From Octopus vulgaris (lineage: Eukaryota), in the NCBI GenBank assembly GCA_951406725.2, contig OX597816.1, forward strand, positions 129,022,001 through 129,086,000: DNA of 64,000 nucleotides, read 5' to 3'. The notes under the pieces are model-generated. The model did no database searches, was not told the origin of the DNA, and saw nothing but the letters and a program-made list of their open reading frames with translations. Of this stretch, positions 61,247-64,000 are shown piece after piece. Both the position numbers and the translations under genes were made by a program. Each line of letters starts with the position of its first letter. Positions within the stretch are counted from its first letter, which is position 1.

Positions 61247-61956
61247 GTAAGCTGGGAAAATATGGTTCTATATATTTCCAGAAGAATTTCTTAGCATCTG
61301 TGTCAGAATATGAATTCCTAACTCTTCAGCTTAAAGGAAAATTTGATTTAAGTACAGCTGTTATAACACATTCACTTCATCATTGTTAATCAGCTCTTTT
61401 GCATGACTTTATCCTCATCATACTTTTCATTACTGCTGCTGTTGTCATCATCATCAGCTGTGTTATAATGCCATTATTAACATCATCTTTGTCATCATTA
61501 TCATCGGCATCATCATCGTCGTCATCCTTATCCTTACCCATATCCCACCGTCAGTAGCAACATTATCAACACAAATCTTTATCATAATTTTATCTTTGGC
61601 CTCATCATTGTCATAATCATCATCATTGTCATTGTCATCCTCCTCTTCTTCCTCTATCCCTATCATTAGTACTATCATCATGTGATTTAGTTATTTCAGT
61701 TGTCATTTTAGGACACTTCCTTTTCAGTTTTTTTAAGGCATAATTCTCAAATTTATGTATCAAACCACACTGTCATTATGATTTTAGAAAGGAAGACTAG
61801 CTACGACACTAAGCAAAACTATAAGCACATCTATCTTACAAGTCTAGAAAACCAAACATCATAAGTACAATCCTTCTTATTTGAATTATATTATTTTACT
61901 TATTTCAGTCATTTGTTGGAACACTGCCTTTAGTCAAACAAATCAACTCCAGTACT

Positions 61957-62345
61957 TCATCATCATCATTATCGTTTAATGTCCGTTTTCCATGCTAGCA
62001 TGGGTTGGACGATTTTGACTGAGGGCTGGTGAACCAGATGGCTGCACCAGGCTCCAATCTTGATCTGGTAGAATTTCTGCAGCTGGATGCCCTTCCTAAT
62101 GCCAACCACTCCGAGAGTGTAGAGGGTGCTTTTACGTGCTACCAGCATGAGGGCCAGTCAGGTGGTACTGGCAACGACCTCGCTCGAATCTTTTTACACA
62201 TCCCACCAGCACAGGTGCCAGTAGGGCGACGCTGATAACGATCATGCTCAAATGATGCCTTTTACATGCCACCAGCACAGAAGCCAGTTAGCCGCTCTGG
62301 CAATGATCACGTTCAGATGGTGCTCTTAGCACCCTACTAACATGG
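61957..62345 (-). mobile_element. RTE 3' UTR copy
   Basis: cgtttaatgtccgttttccatgctagcatgggttggacg plus repeated units. Confidence 0.88.
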
Positions 62346-62456
62346 GTGGAAGTAATAATGATCACATTTTGAATACAGCACCCAAGATCTGACTTTGAAA
62401 AACTACATATATTATGAATGCAAGGTAGCAGGAGCTAACACAATTGGAAAATTATT

Positions 62457-62655
62457 GATTTCAAATTTTGGCACAAGGCCAAAATGTTTTGGGGGAGATG
62501 TAAATTGATTATATTAACCCTAGTATTCAACTGGTACTTACGTTATCAACCCTGAAAGGATGAAAGGCAAATTCAGTCTTGTTGGAATTTGAACTTTGAG
62601 CTTAAAAATGGAGAAAATACTGTTAAGCATTTTGCCCAATGGGCTAGCCAACTTG
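62457..62655 (-). mobile_element. SINE family B-related copy
   Basis: ggcacaaggcc..gaaaggatgaaaggcaaa..ggaatttgaact; flanked by caaYtggaaaattatt at 62441 and 62663. Confidence 0.75.
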
Positions 62656-62960
62656 TTACTTTCAACTGGAAAATTATTACAAATTATCCATTGTAGGATT
62701 ACAAGAATATCTTGTACAGAATCATGGAAAATTAATAGAGATAGCTATGAAACATGAACAAAAGCAAAAATTATTTTGTATCTTCAAGGAAGCTATCAAA
62801 TACAAAATAGAGGTTGCAATAATCAGTAAAAGAATTATTTATCCACCTATCTAGTGTTCAAACTCAGTCTTTCAGTTTGTTACAAAAATACACAATTATA
62901 CATAATATACAAAACACACAAACACACACACATATATACATACATATATGTGTATGCATA

Positions 62961-63211
62961 TCATCATCATCATCATCATCATTTAACGTCCGTTTTCCAT
63001 GCTAGCATGGGTTGGACGGTTCAACTGGGGTTGGGGAAGCCAGGAGGCTGCACCAGGCTCCAGTCTGATCTGGCTGTGTTTCTACAGCTGGATGCCCTTC
63101 CTAAACGCCAACCACTCCGTGAGTGTAGTGGGTGCTTTTTACGTCAAGGCGACGCTGGCATCAGCCACATTCAGATGGTGCTTTATACATGCCACCGGCA
63201 CAGGTATCACA

Positions 63212-63215
<4 letters not shown>
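62961..63215 (-). mobile_element. RTE 3' UTR copy
   Basis: catcatttaacgtccgttttccatgctagcatggg..ggatgcccttcc. Confidence 0.88.
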
Positions 63216-63252
<37 letters not shown>

Positions 63253-63520
63253 ATACACACGCATATACATATATATATACATATGCATATGCATATATAT
63301 ATGCATATACATATATATATACACGTGCATATATATATATATATATATATGGATGTTTTGTATATTATGTATATGCTTGTGTGTATGTGTTTGTGTATTT
63401 ACATGCCTGTATGTATGTATGTATGTATGCAAGTAGGTATGTATGTATGTATGTATGTATGTATGTAGGTATGTAGGTAGGTAGGTAGGTAGGTAGGTAG
63501 GTAGGTAGGTAGGTAGGTAT
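63216..63520. repeat. Compound (TA)n/(TATG)n/(TAGG)n microsatellite
   Basis: Read directly. Confidence 0.9.
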
Positions 63521-64000
63521 ATGCATGTATGTTATATACTGAATTGCACTTAGTGCATTTAGTCACCTGCCTTTGTTGCCTAAAACTTTAAATTGAAAAT
63601 TTAAAAAGATATGATACTTCATATCTAAAAATATAGTTACAAAAAGCTTTTTGCTGTTTTTATTTTATTGGAAATAAGAAATTAATTTTGAAATGTTGCA
63701 GTGTCACATAGGTTTGATAAATGCCACCTGCTTACTATCAGTTTTAAGAGAGATGGCAGAAAAATAAATCATATATGTGTGAATGTGTGTGTGTGTACAT
63801 CTATATATGTGTGTGTTTATGTGTGTGTGCATGTATGTATGTATTATGTGTGTATGTATGTATGTATATGTATATGTGTATCTATGTATCTATGTGTTTG
63901 TGTGTGTATGTATATATGTATGTATGTGCGTGTATGTATGTGTATATATATATATGTGTGCATATGTATGCATGTATGTATGTGTGTACGTACATATGTG

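Overview
AT-rich animal DNA, densely packed with microsatellites and repeats, with no intact protein-coding gene. Most ORFs in the supplied track are translations of microsatellites. The tRNA-derived SINE families resemble those I associate with Octopus/coleoid cephalopods (inference, no search run). The window holds several SINE families, many 5'-truncated RTE-clade LINE tails, relics of Dong/R4-like and CRE-like retrotransposons, mariner and DD37D-type Tc1/mariner relics, four non-autonomous Helitrons and TTAA-flanked piggyBac-type MITEs. A decayed Penelope-like element (PLE) with RT and GIY-YIG motifs lies at 46.4-48.4 kb. The most notable signal is a dispersed set of small non-coding elements, often long asymmetric palindromes sitting in (TA)n tracts, that carry minimal type-I hammerhead ribozyme (HHR) motifs. 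One has an intact core (57170-57207), one palindrome has two HHR-like motifs per arm (41.7-42.1 kb), and one family joins a tRNA-type Pol III head to an HHR and occurs as head-to-head dimers (54.6-54.9 kb; collapsed copy at 5.2 kb). Together these suggest PLE-mobilised, retrozyme/SINE-like parasites. All coordinates and translations were read by eye, and element edges are approximate.
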